DNA of 64,000 nt, taken from assembly GCA_963924565.1 (NCBI GenBank), contig OZ004607.1, forward strand, positions 28,210,001 through 28,274,000, given 5' to 3'. Position numbers and translations under genes: made by a program. The notes beneath the pieces are model-generated. The model saw nothing but the letters and a program-made list of their open reading frames with translations. It ran no database searches and was not told the DNA's origin. This document shows, one piece after another, positions 1 to 14,482 of this stretch; positions within the stretch are counted from its first letter, which is position 1; each line of letters opens with the position of its first letter. Origin of the DNA: Ascidiella aspersa (taxonomy: Eukaryota).

Positions 1-2295
1 TTTTTTATTTTTGGCAATGTAATAAAAACTTGCACGAAATTTTTAAAAAATGCCAGCATAGCAAAGTAACTCAATCTTCAAATTCATCAGGATAAACGCT
101 CTGTATTTTTCGTTCAGTGCCGCCAATGACCCTCCAATGACCTCACAAATTGACGAAATCATCTTGATAAATGCAAACGAGCGATTAGTTCGCGATTCTT
201 GATATGCGCTAAAAATTATTAGTTCGCGCGACCGCTAGGTGGTCATAACCTTCATTGTATTTTAACTCGGTTGCAGTAGCATATTTCCGAGTTTAACCGG
301 GAACAGAAAGTTTTTTGAGAATATTTGTTTCATCGAAGCGTGACGCCATCTTTAAAATTTTCACGACTCGCACCCATACAAATAACACTAACAATAATCT
401 GTAATCTGACCCAGGCCCCTTCTAACTCAGCCTCAAAATATTCTTACGCACTAAATAAAATATTCGCTCATTAGAAATTTTTTTTAGAAGGAATACTGTT
501 TGTAGTGCTAATCTTATAGCGCCTACATACCTGTGACTGTCTTGTTACAGAAAGTCTATAAAACACTGACAAGGTGTATAAGGTATTATGGAACACATTC
601 AACGCGATACCTTTTAATAAACACCCGTTGCATTGTTTAAGCGTCAAGCCGCCACGGCTGACGATTCTGTGTTTACTGGTGTGTGACAAGGACGACTTTC
701 TACTGGAGACAGAAGTGAGCATTAAGGGTCAGCGGTACGTTGTGCAATCAAGATGAGATGTCCAACCTTCTCACGGGCAATGAGCGCATTTCATAGCTAG
801 TCTCGGCATTTTTACAGCACTTTCGTCGGTTACTTGGTGCTTCTTTTGAAGGTATAAGGACAAGTAAGCTGTCGATGTTGTTAGATGATGCAGCGTGATT
901 GATTTAAATCGAACGAGCTAAGGAGGTTACCTTTGACGACTTTTTTATTTAAACTGTAGGGCACAGCATTTTTCCATGTTGTAGGGCATTGCAGGTTTCC
1001 ATAGAAATAAAAAGTTTGAGGCGAAGCCTTTGTTCGGTAAGTTTTTTAATAGATAGAGTTGTGTGATGAATAAATTCTATCGAGTTTTACAGGGTATCTA
1101 AATGGTGTTAAGAAGGAACACGTTCCGAACAGGTACTTCGAGAAGCGACTATGAAATTTAACATTTTTCATAACTATTTTTACGCCATTATGCTTACACG
1201 TTTATATTGAGTGCAGCAGTTGTTACAAACTATATTTGGACGGGTTAACTGAGGTGTAGCAAGCCTTGGCAAAACGCATCGATGACTTTGCGTCTGTCTT
1301 TTCACGTATATTTAGAGTAGCCTAATACCACCTTTCAAGCCACTTTGTAGGCTTTATCAACACAGGACAACCCTTCGCTATTAGTGAATACAAATTGTAC
1401 ACCGTTAAAGCGTTTTGTTAAGATAAACCACTGCGTTAATTGCAGCAAAATCCACATCCTACCCTGATTTTTGATGCTTTGGGATAAGTTAAGGACAAGA
1501 GCGAGTAATATCGTGTATCTATAGTGACGTCTTACTTTGACGAAGCAGCAGTAACAATTTTAGGACGAAAAAAATGATGAAAACTGCTCTTAAAGTGTCG
1601 GGCGATCGCATTAAAGTTCCTCTTCTAAATAATAACGTAGATGTCAAGCAAATCGCTTCTGGTTAATTTTGCGTCGGGTTTATGCTAACGAGCGGAACAT
1701 TCAGCAACTGTATATAGTTTTCGTAGAAGGGCTTAGTTGTTTAAGGGACAATCGTTAAGATCACACCTGGTCGTATGTAACCTAAGAAGAAGTACTTACT
1801 GTGTAATGCGCATGGTCGATTTTAGCTGTTGATTGGTCGAACTCGATTGAGTTGGTACTTCGTATTCACGATACGGGATTGCTTGAAACACACAATCCTA
1901 TAAATAGCTGAACAAAAGCGAAGCAATTGTTTTATAAGAGAATGGTCACCGGACAGTTTATTGGGCCTTGCGGCTATCTGAAAGATTAGTAACAATCGAT
2001 CGGGTTGTGCAATGAGTAAGGGCAGGGAGAAATGACACAGTGGTTTTATGAAGTTAAAAATCTGTTGAGATCACCAGCAATATATGACACTACTCGTCTT
2101 ACTGGTCAGATTTTCTAAATTTTATTGCGCTACGAAGTTCAGTTTTAATCTGAAATAACAAATTAATTTGAAATGAGTTGAAAACTTAGTTTTACTTATT
2201 TATATAGATCTAACGCTCGTATTGTTTTTTCAGCTTCGTTCAGAGTTATTTTTCTGCAGTATGTTCCGCGAGTAAAAGATAACGTCGTAAACACG

Positions 2296-5200
2296 ATGAT
2301 GTCGCAGAATTGGAGTGTAGAGTCGTCCACGGTACCGGTAGCGTCGTTTCCCGAAACCGTGGAAGGCGCTATCTTTTACCAGTCTGTCAGCACGAAGACC
2401 ATTGACCTGATCTTTTTGTCCTTTCTGGCCGTGATCGGGACTTTCGGCAACCTGATGGTTATCGCTTCCATCATTTTTGCAGGACGAATCCTTAAAAGCG
2501 GAAACCTTTTCATAATCAACTTGGCCGTAGCCGACCTAATCGTAAGTTGCCATTTCCATATGGGGCCTTTAAAGAGGCCTTTTTTCAGCTTTTTATGGCC
2601 CTAGTTTTAAACAGTAAATGGATTGCATTCAGAGCCACGTTTGCAGTCTATCTGTAAATTGAGTTGCTTTTCAGTTAACGAAGATGTTTTTCTTAAAAAT
2701 TCCGCTCAGCAAGAAAATTGACTAATATATAAACATATATATATATATAAACAAAACTAAAAGTAACTTTTGGTTGGAGAATATTAAACAGTTAAGTACA
2801 GGGACGTGCAGTCAGGGGAGGTAGATGAGGCACTGCATATATCAAGCAAAAGTTATATCAGTTATATCTCTACCGTAAATTTTACGTTTCCATACCTAAA
2901 GCGTGCTTTATTTTTTCTTCTAGTTCTGTTGTGTTATTCATATCAAGCGTTCACGCGGTAATTATCATAGAAATACGCAAAGTGAGGCAGCGCCAAGCCG
3001 TGCCTCTCTTCGGATCACAGAATTGCCATGCAATGCATTATGCTAGCTTTTTTCTTTCGCTAATTCTCTCGAAAAACATGATGAACAATTTAGCTATGAT
3101 TGGAGGCATGCCTCAATTGTGACGTTCCAGCTATGAAACCTTTTTTCGTCCAGCTTGAATGCCCGCATAGTACGTGTAATTTTTGTAGTGTAAGACTCTA
3201 AAGTTAAAGTCATAAACAAAGGCAGACCTGTTGCAAATTTTAAACTTTTGCATCAGAAGACTGGACAAAAAAATAACACGCAACTTATAAAGAGATTGGT
3301 GAAAAAGAAGTAGATGTGTAGCTGTCATGACGTAGCCAGGGCCCAGGGGGGCCATGGCCACCCGAAAATTTATAAATATTGTACTCTTAATAATAATTTG
3401 TTTTGTGGCATTTATGAGCAGTAACCTACCACCACAACAGTCGATCACAGGCGTGTCACACCTTCAATTGTCATGCACTGTTACGTCATAAACGAAAAAA
3501 CGATGTAGTCATTAATACGTTTGTTATTTTAATGTAGTTTTACTACGTTTTAGTCGTTTTGTTTTGTCTCTGAATGGTTTTTGAGTTTATTTATTGTTTT
3601 ATTATTACGATACCGTTTTTGTGGTTGTTAAAGAAAAACGTGACTCGAAAAAATGTGTGCCTCACCATCTAGGAACCTCACCGCACGTCACTGTTGGTAC
3701 AATGTATAGGTAAACCTTAACAGCACAACATGCACCCACTGCCGACACTTAGCCTCTGTTAAACTTCGTATAAACTTTCCGCAATATAGCACGTTTGCTT
3801 GTAGTTAATTGTAAAAATTACGAAAATATTTCCCTTGATCCTGTCAGGTTTCTGGTATCTATGTGCCAACCATCGTGGCGAACGTGGTGAAGGGTGAAAA
3901 CACGTTGACGCCGCTTCTCTGCAAAGCAACTGGCTACATAATCACGGTGTCGTGCGTATGTTCGGTGGCCAACCTCACCTGCATCGCCGTCAACAGGTCA
4001 GTTAGTAAGACTGGCAGTATAAACGTTCGTCGGTTCTTCGAGATGCCTTGGAATTATCTGTTTTTTCCTACTTGAATATAACAATTGTTCAAACATAATT
4101 TCGTTTAAATGCAATTTATTATTTTGAAACTGTTTAAGACGTATGCCATGTTGTGCATGTAAACGCTATAAAATTATCCGTATTAATACATTTTTAGATG
4201 CGAGCTTCTGGATATTGCTAAATAAGTATATTGAATGTTTTGGTTTGGGCGTAATACGGTATTTGGCATACCCAATCAGATTTTATTCTTCATTTTTTTG
4301 GCGAATTCATTGCCCATTTTAAAACTTTGTGTTGTAAACCACGCCAAGTCAATTCTAGCCAAACGTAATTTCATTTCTAGCCAAGCGTGATTTCCGATAT
4401 AAATAGTCTAAGTTAAATTATCCATATTCAATTTGTTAAAGCCGTTTAAAAATGTAGTGATTTGTACAGGTTTAGTCTTTAAATGTACAAAATAAAAAAA
4501 ATAACAACCGAAATCGATTCAAAAATTATACATCAAAAATAATAAATGAACAAAGGGGTGTTTGGTGTTAACTTTGTAAAACACAGTGGGACTGCTTATT
4601 GTATAACAACACTTATCAGCACTGGTTATTGCTCGGTGGAGATTGGTTTATTGCTCGTTAGGGTTATTGCTCTACGTCGTAATGTGGTTGATTCCCAAGT
4701 GTAAAAATTAAAAGGTGTCCACTGTCCATATACATAACATGAGCAGCTGTCTATGCCAGGTTTCGATTGTAGCTCACTTAGTTTCGGTTTGACCAAACCT
4801 GATATAATAGTATGTGCTTGTGTAAGTTTGTAATGTTTTACCCAGTGTAAAAAACTATAGTAAGAAATATAAATACCATTTTGTGAAAGGCGGATTATTG
4901 GCTAACCGCATGTTCTTGGATTTGTATATTATTGCTTACAACCCCTATGTGAGGCCTTAGCTTATAGACTTTAACGCATGATTGCGCGCACTGACACTGC
5001 TTCTATAATTTAATGCACAGCCACTTAGGAAGTCCCTACAAGGTTTGATACAATACCGCAGTTTATTTTTATGTGACCTTACCAACATACCATTTTTAAG
5101 CCGAACCCAATCGAGTACGAACGCAAAAGTCCCCGGGAAATGCCAACAAGGCAATTTTTGCCATAGCATAGGGTTCTATTCGGTTGAACGACGTCTGCTT

Positions 5201-8200
5201 AAGGCACTGTGGTTTACCAGACAACTGTAATATAAGGGGTCGGCAACTTTTTTCCTAGTCGCGGGATAAAGCCAAACTCATGTTTTGGGCCGTATTGAGT
5301 TTTACTTTGTTGTGAAAACGTATAGCTTCTTACAAATGCCGCTAATCAGAAGCGAACCTAATATTTTTTCGCATTTCAAAATGGGTCTTACATTTCTTTG
5401 CGCGAAAAAAATGTCGTTCGTATGGTTTGAGATTTGAGCCAACAGGGCGCAATTCATGGTCACAATAAACAGCGAAATAATAATATATTTAAATAACAAA
5501 TTTTAATGTTAGTATAGTTCTTGGATCTGCGAAAATATTTCACGGTTTGATTTAAACATGTATAACTAAACCTGTAGAGTTTGTGGGAGCTTACATGCGC
5601 CTTTAGGTCGCGGAATTTTTCACCATTTTCGCATTTCATGCATTCTTTTTTTTTTCGTGAAAACCTGTTTGTGCGTGAAACCCTGGCGATGTTAAAGCGA
5701 CTCGGTTTCTTGGCCGGCCAATAAATGCGAGCTCTTATTTGGTTGGGTAAGCAGGCACCACAGCAAACTCGAAATGTTAATCGATGTAGCAAGTCACAGC
5801 TATTTTTGGTTAAAAAAGGCAAGCAAAGAGCAATGCATTGTACAGAGGTCGACTTTTTCGATCAATCAACCCTGGTCGCATGTTATCTCACTCAATGTCC
5901 GTCTTACACGCACCTGCTACTAAATATTTAATGTCGTCGCTTGAGTGACTGATTTTTACGTGCTGTACACTGTACGTTTTAGGTACTTGGTCATCGCTCA
6001 CCCATGTAGCTACAGGCGAAGGTGCTCCAAGCAGAAGCTTCTCTACGCGATCGCCTCGACTTGGATCTGGTCAAACCTAATATCTTCCCCAACCTTCCTC
6101 GGCTGGAGCGACTTGATGTGAGTCTTGGGGCCGAAACGTGTGATGTATTGGCCACCACAAGTATTCAAATATTGTGTAAATTACATTTCTTTTTGTGCCT
6201 GTAAATACAAAGCTTTCTTCAATTTTTCCTAAAGTTGCAAACAAGGGCAAAAAAACAAAGGCTAACTCAACAAAAAGTACAAAATATTTGTTCTTGCTAA
6301 ATTCATACAAAAGGTTGCAATATATATATAGTAATTAAGGGCATGCAAGTGTTGCACTTTGAGATTTTTTTAACTTTAATAACACATAGTCTAAAGCTGA
6401 AAATGCAAAAAATACAACCACAGTGAGTCAGAGTGCTCGTGTTGGCCTTGTTGTACCTATATTCCAGTTAAACTTACTGAGCAAACTTAAATCATACATC
6501 TCTTTATTCCATAATTTCTAAGACTAAAACCGGAGCTGCTGTGGAGTCGGTTTAAATAACCCGAGTCCGATTCCGGCCAACAAAATAAACCCTATAGTAC
6601 GACTCCCGAGTCCCGAGTCCGACTCCGGCCAAATGTATGGTTTCGTGTTTTTTGAGTCCCGAGTCCGGCTCAGACTCTACTGCAGCCTTTATTCCGCCAA
6701 TTTACGTAACGTAACAAAATACGGTAGATATTGAGCAATCCGACTATGGGGGTGACATATAACTCATTCACTCATAACCATCATATATGGTTGGAAAATA
6801 TCCACCAAATGTCGTTCCGCCTTTACCACTCACAGTTAGCGGTCAAATCAGTTTCGAAATCTGGTACTGCGCATTCGCAAGTCGGACTCCAGCAAAAAAA
6901 TCGGTTTTGTCGAATGCCCAGTCCGATTCTGACTCTGCATCCCTGACTAAAACTATTCTGTTTTTCTTAGCTACGACGAGAAGATGGTGGGATGCTCGTG
7001 GGATGACACGGCCTCAGTGAGCTACAATATACTTTTCATGACGCTGGCTGTTTTTATACCCGTTATCGTCATTTGCATTTGCTATTGGAAACTGTACAAG
7101 TGAGAATTTACGCTTGTTCAAGAGATTGCCCGGCGAAAAATTTGCCATTTTACTAAAATATTTTACAAACTAAGTTTCATGTTAAATTATTTTCTATTTA
7201 ACAGTCGTTTCTTTAAAGTTTTCAGTCAACATCTTTAAATATAAGCCATAGTGCGACGGGTTCGTTACTGCGAGTATAGTTTCAGTTGTATATATCTGTA
7301 AATTCGCTTCTATGGTATAAAATACAATTTTCTCCTCGACTATTAATTAGTTTCTACAGCTGACAGTTCTTTTGTGGCTCGCAGGTGCGTCAAAAGCCAA
7401 GTGGTCTGGGTTCGCCACATGGGGCTTACCCCCGATAAAATGAAGCGGCGCCAAAAGGAGGAGCTAAGTTTGTTGCGGACCCTGGCCACTGCCATTATCA
7501 TCTTCTTGGCCTGCTGGACGCCCTATGCCTTCTGTACCACGTTTTTCCCGAAAGAAGTGCCGTTGGAAATTAAGAAGGTTCGCATAGCTGTTTTGTAACT
7601 GCTATATACGGTCACGTTATTCGTTTTATCCAAAACTGCTTATTCGAATAGTGGTGTACAAGTGTTTATTAGTAGTGCGTACTTAACCTTTTTAATTCCG
7701 CATTTTTAACGATTGAGGGAGATATAAATATTGAACTAAGAGCTGTTTACCAGTCTAGCCTAAATCAATGGGATATTTGTGAGATAATACCTTCTGCTAT
7801 AAGATTATTACTAAACAACTGGTATTGCTTAAAGGGCTATACTTTTTTCTCAGGTTTTTTGTTGGTGTGGTATTACTAACTCTGTAATGAACTTCATCAT
7901 TTACGGAGCAATGAACAAGACCTACTACAAAGGATACAAGGATCTACTTTTGTTTATCTGTTGCAGAAAACGACAAACAGTCAGGTGCGGGGTCCTAGGT
8001 TAAGTTTTGTCAATATACAACAAATTGTGCTGTAGCTGCTATAATAAGCGATTATTATAGTTTGACCACTATACCTAATATGGCCATAATCAATAGAGAA
8101 AGTGGTAATGAAACATATAGTAATTCTAAAAAAGTTAGAAGAAAAATTCTAAAAAATTAGAGCAATTTTGAATTGCTCGAGTGATTTTGTCAGTTAACGG

Positions 8201-8310
8201 TGCGGGAAAAGTCACATTTTAACAATACTTTGCTATATCTTTTCAGAACAACTTCCACAGTTATCTTGTCTATAAACAGTCGAAAAGGAAGCCCTTCCAT
8301 ACCGTGGTAA
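2296..8310 (+). CDS. Class A GPCR, melatonin-receptor-like orphan (family A, gene A1), 7 coding exons, ~348 aa
   Basis: Exons 2296-2541, 3848-3996, 5983-6117, 6971-7099, 7385-7577, 7854-7984, 8247-8310. All introns GT-AG with consistent phases (0,2,2,2,0,2); spliced length 1047 nt with no internal stop. Motifs: TM1 GTFGN, TM2 GNLFIINLAVADL, TM3 C...NLTCIAVNRY, TM4 W...P, ECL2 YDEKMVGC, TM5 P...CYW, TM6 FLACWTPY, TM7 NSVMNFIIY, helix 8 then CC. The last exon is less certain: TGG TAA read-through versus a gtaaga donor at 8307. Confidence 0.9.
2799..3693. mobile_element. Non-autonomous DNA transposon (hAT-like ends) in A1 intron 1
   Basis: Left end cagggacgtgcagtcagggg...gatgaggcac is an inverted match to the right end gtgcctcaccatc...cctcaccgcacgtcactg. 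No ORF; TSD not clearly preserved. Confidence 0.6.
6531..6945. mobile_element. hAT-type MITE with perfect 8-bp TSD in A1 intron 3
   Basis: ACTAAAAC directly repeated at 6523-6530 and 6946-6953. Degenerate TIRs (cggagctgctgtggagtcgg / ctgactctgcatccctg) and internal gagtcc/gactcc repeats. Confidence 0.78.
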
Positions 8311-9029
8311 GAATGACATTAACTCATAATTTATAAATGTTTGTTACATAATTCAGAGTAGGAAACGAGTACAGAACAATAAATGTAAAGCTTTATGGTC
8401 CTGATATACGCAGAGCAGTTTTCTTTGCAAATAACAAGCTACTTCCTTTTCCTATTTTTTTTAAATTACGCAAAACATACTTCTTGTTCAGCATTAGTTT
8501 TCATAGTAACTTCAAACCTTTTCCGGCGAAGGGAGAAACAGCCGAAGAAATTTGAAAATTGTTTCAACACCCCTTTTAACCATAATGTGCGACAGGAAGT
8601 CACCAATTCGGCTACCCAGTACATTCAAATTGAACCTTATATTTCCAACGCCTTGTGCTAACTTCAAGTAGACATAAACATGTAACCTCTCCAGCTTAAC
8701 GTAACCAAGTCATGCAGAAACTTGTGCGAGAGCGTAATGCAACATCCCGTTCAACGCTGCTTATATGGCAAACAGGATATCTTGAGTGTAGGGGTGTAGC
8801 TAAATTCTGTATGATAAGCCTATTATTAAAAATAAAATGTCTTTAATAAAACACTCTATTGAAATCTGGATACCAATTTCTTCAGTTTTTACACCAAGTG
8901 TAATTTTGGCAAATATACGCTTGTCATTCATTTAGCGTCAAAGCGTATAGTTCCAATGTATTTTTAGTTTAAGTTACCGATGTGTTGCTTCCGATTCAAT
9001 GACGATATTGCAAAGATGATATAAATCGG

Positions 9030-9128
9030 GGAAGGACACAACATGGCATTAACTAACTTAGATTGACAAAATGTAAATCGGTATGCTTCAGAGGTTAGAA
9101 AACGGTCAATATTTCGTTCATATTTTAA
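9030..9128. repeat. Dispersed ~100-bp repeat; second copy at ~58952-59053
   Basis: acacaacatggcatta...ttagaaaacgg...atttcgttcatattt is collinear at both loci. Confidence 0.65.
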
Positions 9129-11211
9129 TGACGGAATACATTCGCCGAAGCGCAAGAAATATATCAATATTAAGTTTTGTACACTTTCGTTAGAGAGAGT
9201 GCCACAGTGCAGAAGACGGTTTTTTCTGTAAATATGCAAAAAAAATCGCGTGGAACATACAAGCAAGACAGAAAAGATTCGCGTGAGGCGCGAAAACAAT
9301 TTTCATTTTAGTATTTGAAAAATGCTAAAAATAGACTTTGGCGGGGTCATGACTATATCTGTCCCTGAAAAGAGTGTTTACGATAGGCTACAACCAAACA
9401 TGTGGAAACTAGCGCTTGCTTTTGCTTAGCTTATGTATTTTAGGAAAAATAAGCCGGGGATTGGATCAAAGTGTTTGGCAGGCCGGATCGGGCCCACGGG
9501 CCGAATGTTGCCCAGGCCCGATATAGAGTATTTTTGGTTATACGACTTTACAATTTTCCAATAAATTTTTAAATCTGTTTTTTTGTGCACAGCAAAGTAG
9601 CTGCTCAACCGAAGCAGCTTTGCGTTGTCTTATCAGAAGAAACAATCAATACCTCGCCGTCTCAATTGTGATTAAAAAGTGAAAAAGCAAGCTCATATCG
9701 TTACTTGTAAAAACGTGCATTAATGAAGGTGCTGTATTACAATTAATATAAGTTCGCATTTTTTTTTGTCAATTCTATACCGGAGACAACATATAGACAT
9801 TATTAAAACATGTTTATCTTGGTCCTACTTTTTAACTAAATTTAAAAAACAGGGGCAATTTACTTAAAATACGGCAATGGTGCAGCCTTCATGGGGATTA
9901 AATATAGTATCATCAGGTGACATTTTTATGACACGTTTGAAAATTAACGCATATTCTAAAACAAATAACAACCTTGACTGCCATTGCCTATATAGGGATA
10001 TTTCTTATCAGGACAATTCGTTAAATGTAGGCGAATTATTGTGTTAATGACAGTAACACAAATTTTCATATTTTAGACACGTGTATGTCTTGAGACTTCC
10101 AAAAGCAACCTATAAAATTTGTTAGTTTGTTTGGAAACATGTCCGTTTGACAACTGCAGAACATCGACAACTGAATGACAATATATGCGTTCATTTAAAA
10201 ATGTCGTTTATACAGAATTTTTTTAAATTGTGTTTTTCTTTATTATTTCCAAACTGTGATTTTTTGTATTCTATTTTGCCGTGTTGTTGTAATATACTTA
10301 AATGACAAAATCGGTTTCCCTTATATGGTAAGGGCAGAGCAATGCCATTTTATGTTTAAAAATGTTTAAATATCTTTTACTTTGTTTGAAATATTGTGGT
10401 GTTACGCAAGACCATGGTTAGAAAGGAAAAATAAAAGAATCGTTCAAATTGTATTCGCATTAAGGTGTTTATACATTAATAAGCCTTTTAGTGTAAGCTT
10501 TTATATTAGTTTGGTAAATAATTTGGTTTGAAAAAGCCCTGAAACTCAGACTGCTTGGAATACATAAATCAATTAAAAGAGGGAATTTTATAAAAATAAT
10601 CTATTTATCTTATCTAATTTGACAATTAAGTCTTGCTCTTTATACCGTTTTGACTAGTTGAGCAGACTTCGAAAACGTTGATGTAAGTTGCCTCTATCTA
10701 TCGTTTAATTTAAACAGACAATTTGCAGATTCAAAGAACTTTGATTGTACGATTCATTTACTGATTTGGTAGCACTGGTCTAAAGCATATTTTTAATAGC
10801 GTCATAAGATTGATTTCTATAGCCTAGCCTACATATTAGGCGAAACAATAAACGGTAATAATATAATGGATTTTTATATTGATGGATCTGGTCTCTTGGT
10901 CTCATCAGGAGCGGGTCCTTATATTATGTTGACGTCCCAAATTTACGTCATAATATGACTTCATGAAACTGGCGAAATTATGAAACATTGTGTTCTTGAT
11001 CATCATGTGCGCAAATATGAAACTAAAATAGAGTTTATACACATTCCAGAAGAAAAAATGCGGCAAAGAGTTTACACCGACGAAACCTGATATTTAGAAA
11101 ACAACGATTCCAACATTGCTAGATATATTCTTGGTATAGGTTTTACAAAACAATGGCCATAAGCATGATAAATCAATTAATTAAGTCGGTAAAAACTGTA
11201 TTTGTATAGAT

Positions 11212-11515
11212 TAACAGCAAAATACTCTAGCAAAGCTAGCAATTCAGGTCAGACACAATAAATAGATCTTAAAAGATATATATATATTTCGACAATCAAG
11301 GCATCGTCAGTATATCTGAATAAAAACAAACGCAACAGTATAAGAATAAGTCAGAAACATCTATAACCCTAATATACTTTTTGCTTTGTTTTCGATTCAT
11401 GCTCAGGTTTCAAGGGATAGCTAACTCTAATATACTGTTTGCATTGTTTTCGATTCATGCTCAGGTTTAAAGGGATTACCTGAAATGCTAGCTTTGCGAG
11501 GGTATTTTGCTGTTA
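11212..11515. repeat. Fold-back element: ~30-37-bp inverted repeats enclosing a ~58-bp tandem duplication
   Basis: taacagcaaaatactctagcaaagctagca (11212) versus tgctagctttgcgagggtattttgctgtta (ending 11515). The unit taaccctaatatac...gctcaggtttcaagggat occurs twice at ~11364-11477. Confidence 0.65.
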
Positions 11516-13832
11516 CTGATTAGGAATTAAGGTCGACATTTATCTTGCAAGGGTCAAGGTGATTTCCATTATTCACATATTCAGTGCAACATTGCATAGA
11601 TTAAGTTGACAAAACATTTATGATAGAGTAACACTGCACGCTCGGTGGATTTGGAATAAATTCCCCCTTAAAAAAGGGTAAAATATATCAAGTTATAAGT
11701 CTCGTAATTTTTGCATATTAGAAGAATTTATAGTAATGGTATAAAAATGTTTTTTATTGGTCCTTATTCCAACCTTAACAAACGAATGTGTCATCATTTT
11801 ATTTGTTGTCATCAGTTTCTGCGAAAAGTGGTGTTCAGGTCTCGGTAAATACCAAACACGTTTCGGGCCACCAAGGGCGCTGTGGAGTATTTCATAACAA
11901 AATTTAGAATCAGAAAAAGTATGTACGAGGTAAACTGATACCAACGTATTTTGTTCTTTTTTAGTATGGTCTTTGTGTTAAAGCTGGTTAATGAAAAATT
12001 GCGTAAACCATTCAAGATCTTATCATACATAAAAGCGAAATTGAAATCAATGGAAACAATAAAAAAAACTAAATGCATTATTTTTTGCTATTAATGTTTT
12101 AAAAATAAATTTCTGTCAAGCTAAATAAAACGGTCGATATTATTTTGTACGGTCGCCTGAAATACAAATTATTTGAAATACAAATGAAATACAGTTCTTT
12201 TATATTTCGTTGGATTATTTTAATACAAATGTAGGCTACCAATTGACATTGACTTGAAAATGTCTGGCGACGAGCATAACACTATGAACAAGATTGACAT
12301 ATCCGCTTCATATTTGTTAACTGGAAAACTGCAGGCAGTGCTGTTAGGTTAAAAGTCAAGTTGATATTTTACACCTTCTGTTAAAATTAAATAAAAAATT
12401 AATTGCAGTGTTTATTAATTTACCTCCAAAAATAGGGATTGCAGATGTAGCTTATAGGCGTTAAATATAGTTCTAAAACAAATAAACCAAGAAGTAACAA
12501 CTGCAGAAATTAATTAAAACCAATGTGAACAGTTTACTACCTTAATATGTTATATTGCTGAAGTGATAGATATTTGTGAACAAAATTGTATTATTAACAG
12601 TGTAATGCCGGTTAAGATCTAATTGAGCAAATTATTAAGGTTTCAGTATAATGCTTTAATAGGAGAAAATCCCCAATTTTCAGTTGATCTTGATGGTAAA
12701 TTATAAAACCTAAATAAATTAAAATTAGAAAGCTACTGAATAATTTATTAAATGTATTGAATAACTCGGATTGAATATTTTTTGGGGCATTATTCAAATA
12801 TTCAGGGCCGGGATGTGAGAGAATTTAGTATTTTATTTTACTACCCAGCAAAAACAAATAGAACCAATGTTTTAAGACACTGAAGTCAGTGCATGTACTG
12901 TGCAAGTTTAAAAGTAAACCAAGGACCACTGTAAAACTGACAAAAGAACATACGTAATTAAACTGCTAATCAATAAGCGTTTTACGTGAACCTTTTGTTT
13001 ATTTACTTTAAGCTTTGGGCGTTGAAAGCGGTTAAGGTTAGAAAAATGCATCAAACGTAATATTTCTACTGCGACATGTTTCTTAAGGCACGCGCTTTCT
13101 TATCTTTAAAATTATCTCATCCCACCACGCATTGTAGAATTCAGGCAGGCCACCACTGAAAATGAAAACGTCCTGTATTTGTAAATTGACACCGTCCCCA
13201 ATTGAGAAGACAATGCACGAATGGAATGCCCAGATACATGCAAGGAAGAAAAGCAACCAGACCAGACGTTCTCTAAAAATATTATTTAATTTAAGCGTAC
13301 GTCTGAAACGGCTTTCGACAAATATACCCTTTTAAATTTTGGATAACGTTTTTCTCTTGAATCGCGTCATACCTGACTTAATACGTCAAAAATGCGTAGG
13401 CTATAAAAATGAATATTCCTGTTTCAACACAGAGAGAAATTCAGCCTAATATCTTACACCCGAATGTAAAGCGAGAAAAAATGGTTTGCAAAACTTGATG
13501 CAATTTCATCCTGATTGCTACAAATATGAGGCTGCGATTATAGTAACAGCAAAAATCAATATCAATATATTTAAATTACCACCCTTCAGCATTAAATTGC
13601 CATCCAGCATTTTCTACACTGTGAAACACAACAACGTTAACAAATATTGAAAACTTAACAATGGATAATCACGCTACCATGCCAGATGGTACGATAAGAT
13701 AGCGATTATTTGGTTAGAGTTGATTTTTTTAATAAAACTAATTATATTATTTCATTAGTTGTCGAATAAAAATCAATCTAATATTAATTAAAAATAGCTG
13801 AGGAGAAACGCAACAGGGGGCGTGGCGTTATT

Positions 13833-14482
13833 TTGCACAATGTCCGCAAAACTGTGCACGCCAAAATGTGCAAAAAATGTGCGCACATTTTAAACTGCCT
13901 TCAAAAATGTGTGCACTTTTTTCTAACAATGTGCGCACATTTTAAACTGCCTTCAAATATGTGCGCACTTTTTTCACAATGNNNNNNNNNNNNNNNNNNN
14001 NNNNNNNNNNNNNNNNNNNNNNNNNNNNNNNNNNNNNNNNNNNNNNNNNNNNNNNNNNNNNNNNNNNNNNNNNNNNNNNNNNNNNNNNNNNNNNNNNNNN
14101 NNNNNNNNNNNNNNNNNNNNNNNNNNNNNNNNNNNNNNNNNNNNNNNNTCGAGTTCGAGTTCGAGTTCGAGTTANNNNNNNNNNNNNNNNNNNNNNNNNN
14201 NNNNNNNNNNNNNNNNNNNNNNNNNNNNNNNNNNNNNNNNNNNNNNNNNNNNNNNNNNNNNNNNNNNNNNNNNNNNNNNNNNNNNNNNNNNNNNNNNNNN
14301 NNNNNNNNNNNNNNNNNNNNNNNNNNNNNNNNNNNNNNNNNNAAAATGTGCGCACATTGTTGAAAAAGTGCGCACATTTCTAAAGGCAGATCAAAAGGTG
14401 CGCACATTTTTTAAGGCAGTTCAAAATGTGCGCACAATTTTTGCACATTTTGGTGTGCACATTTTTGCGCACATTGTGCAAA
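13833..14482. repeat. Fold-back element with modular arms of aaatgtgcgcacattt subunits, spanning an assembly gap
   Basis: 13833-13981 and 14343-14482 are approximate reverse complements built from palindromic tgtgcgcaca units. N runs at 13982-14148 and 14175-14342. Confidence 0.75.

Noticed and set aside
660-720. TTCTACTGGAGACAGAA|gtgagc resembling the end of family A exon 4
   Set aside because: The upstream sequence lacks the TM5 Pro and the ECL2 pattern, so it is probably chance.
13833-14407. Long ORFs spanning the N runs (EFEFEF / RVRVRV)
   Set aside because: Artefacts of translating gap characters and repeats.
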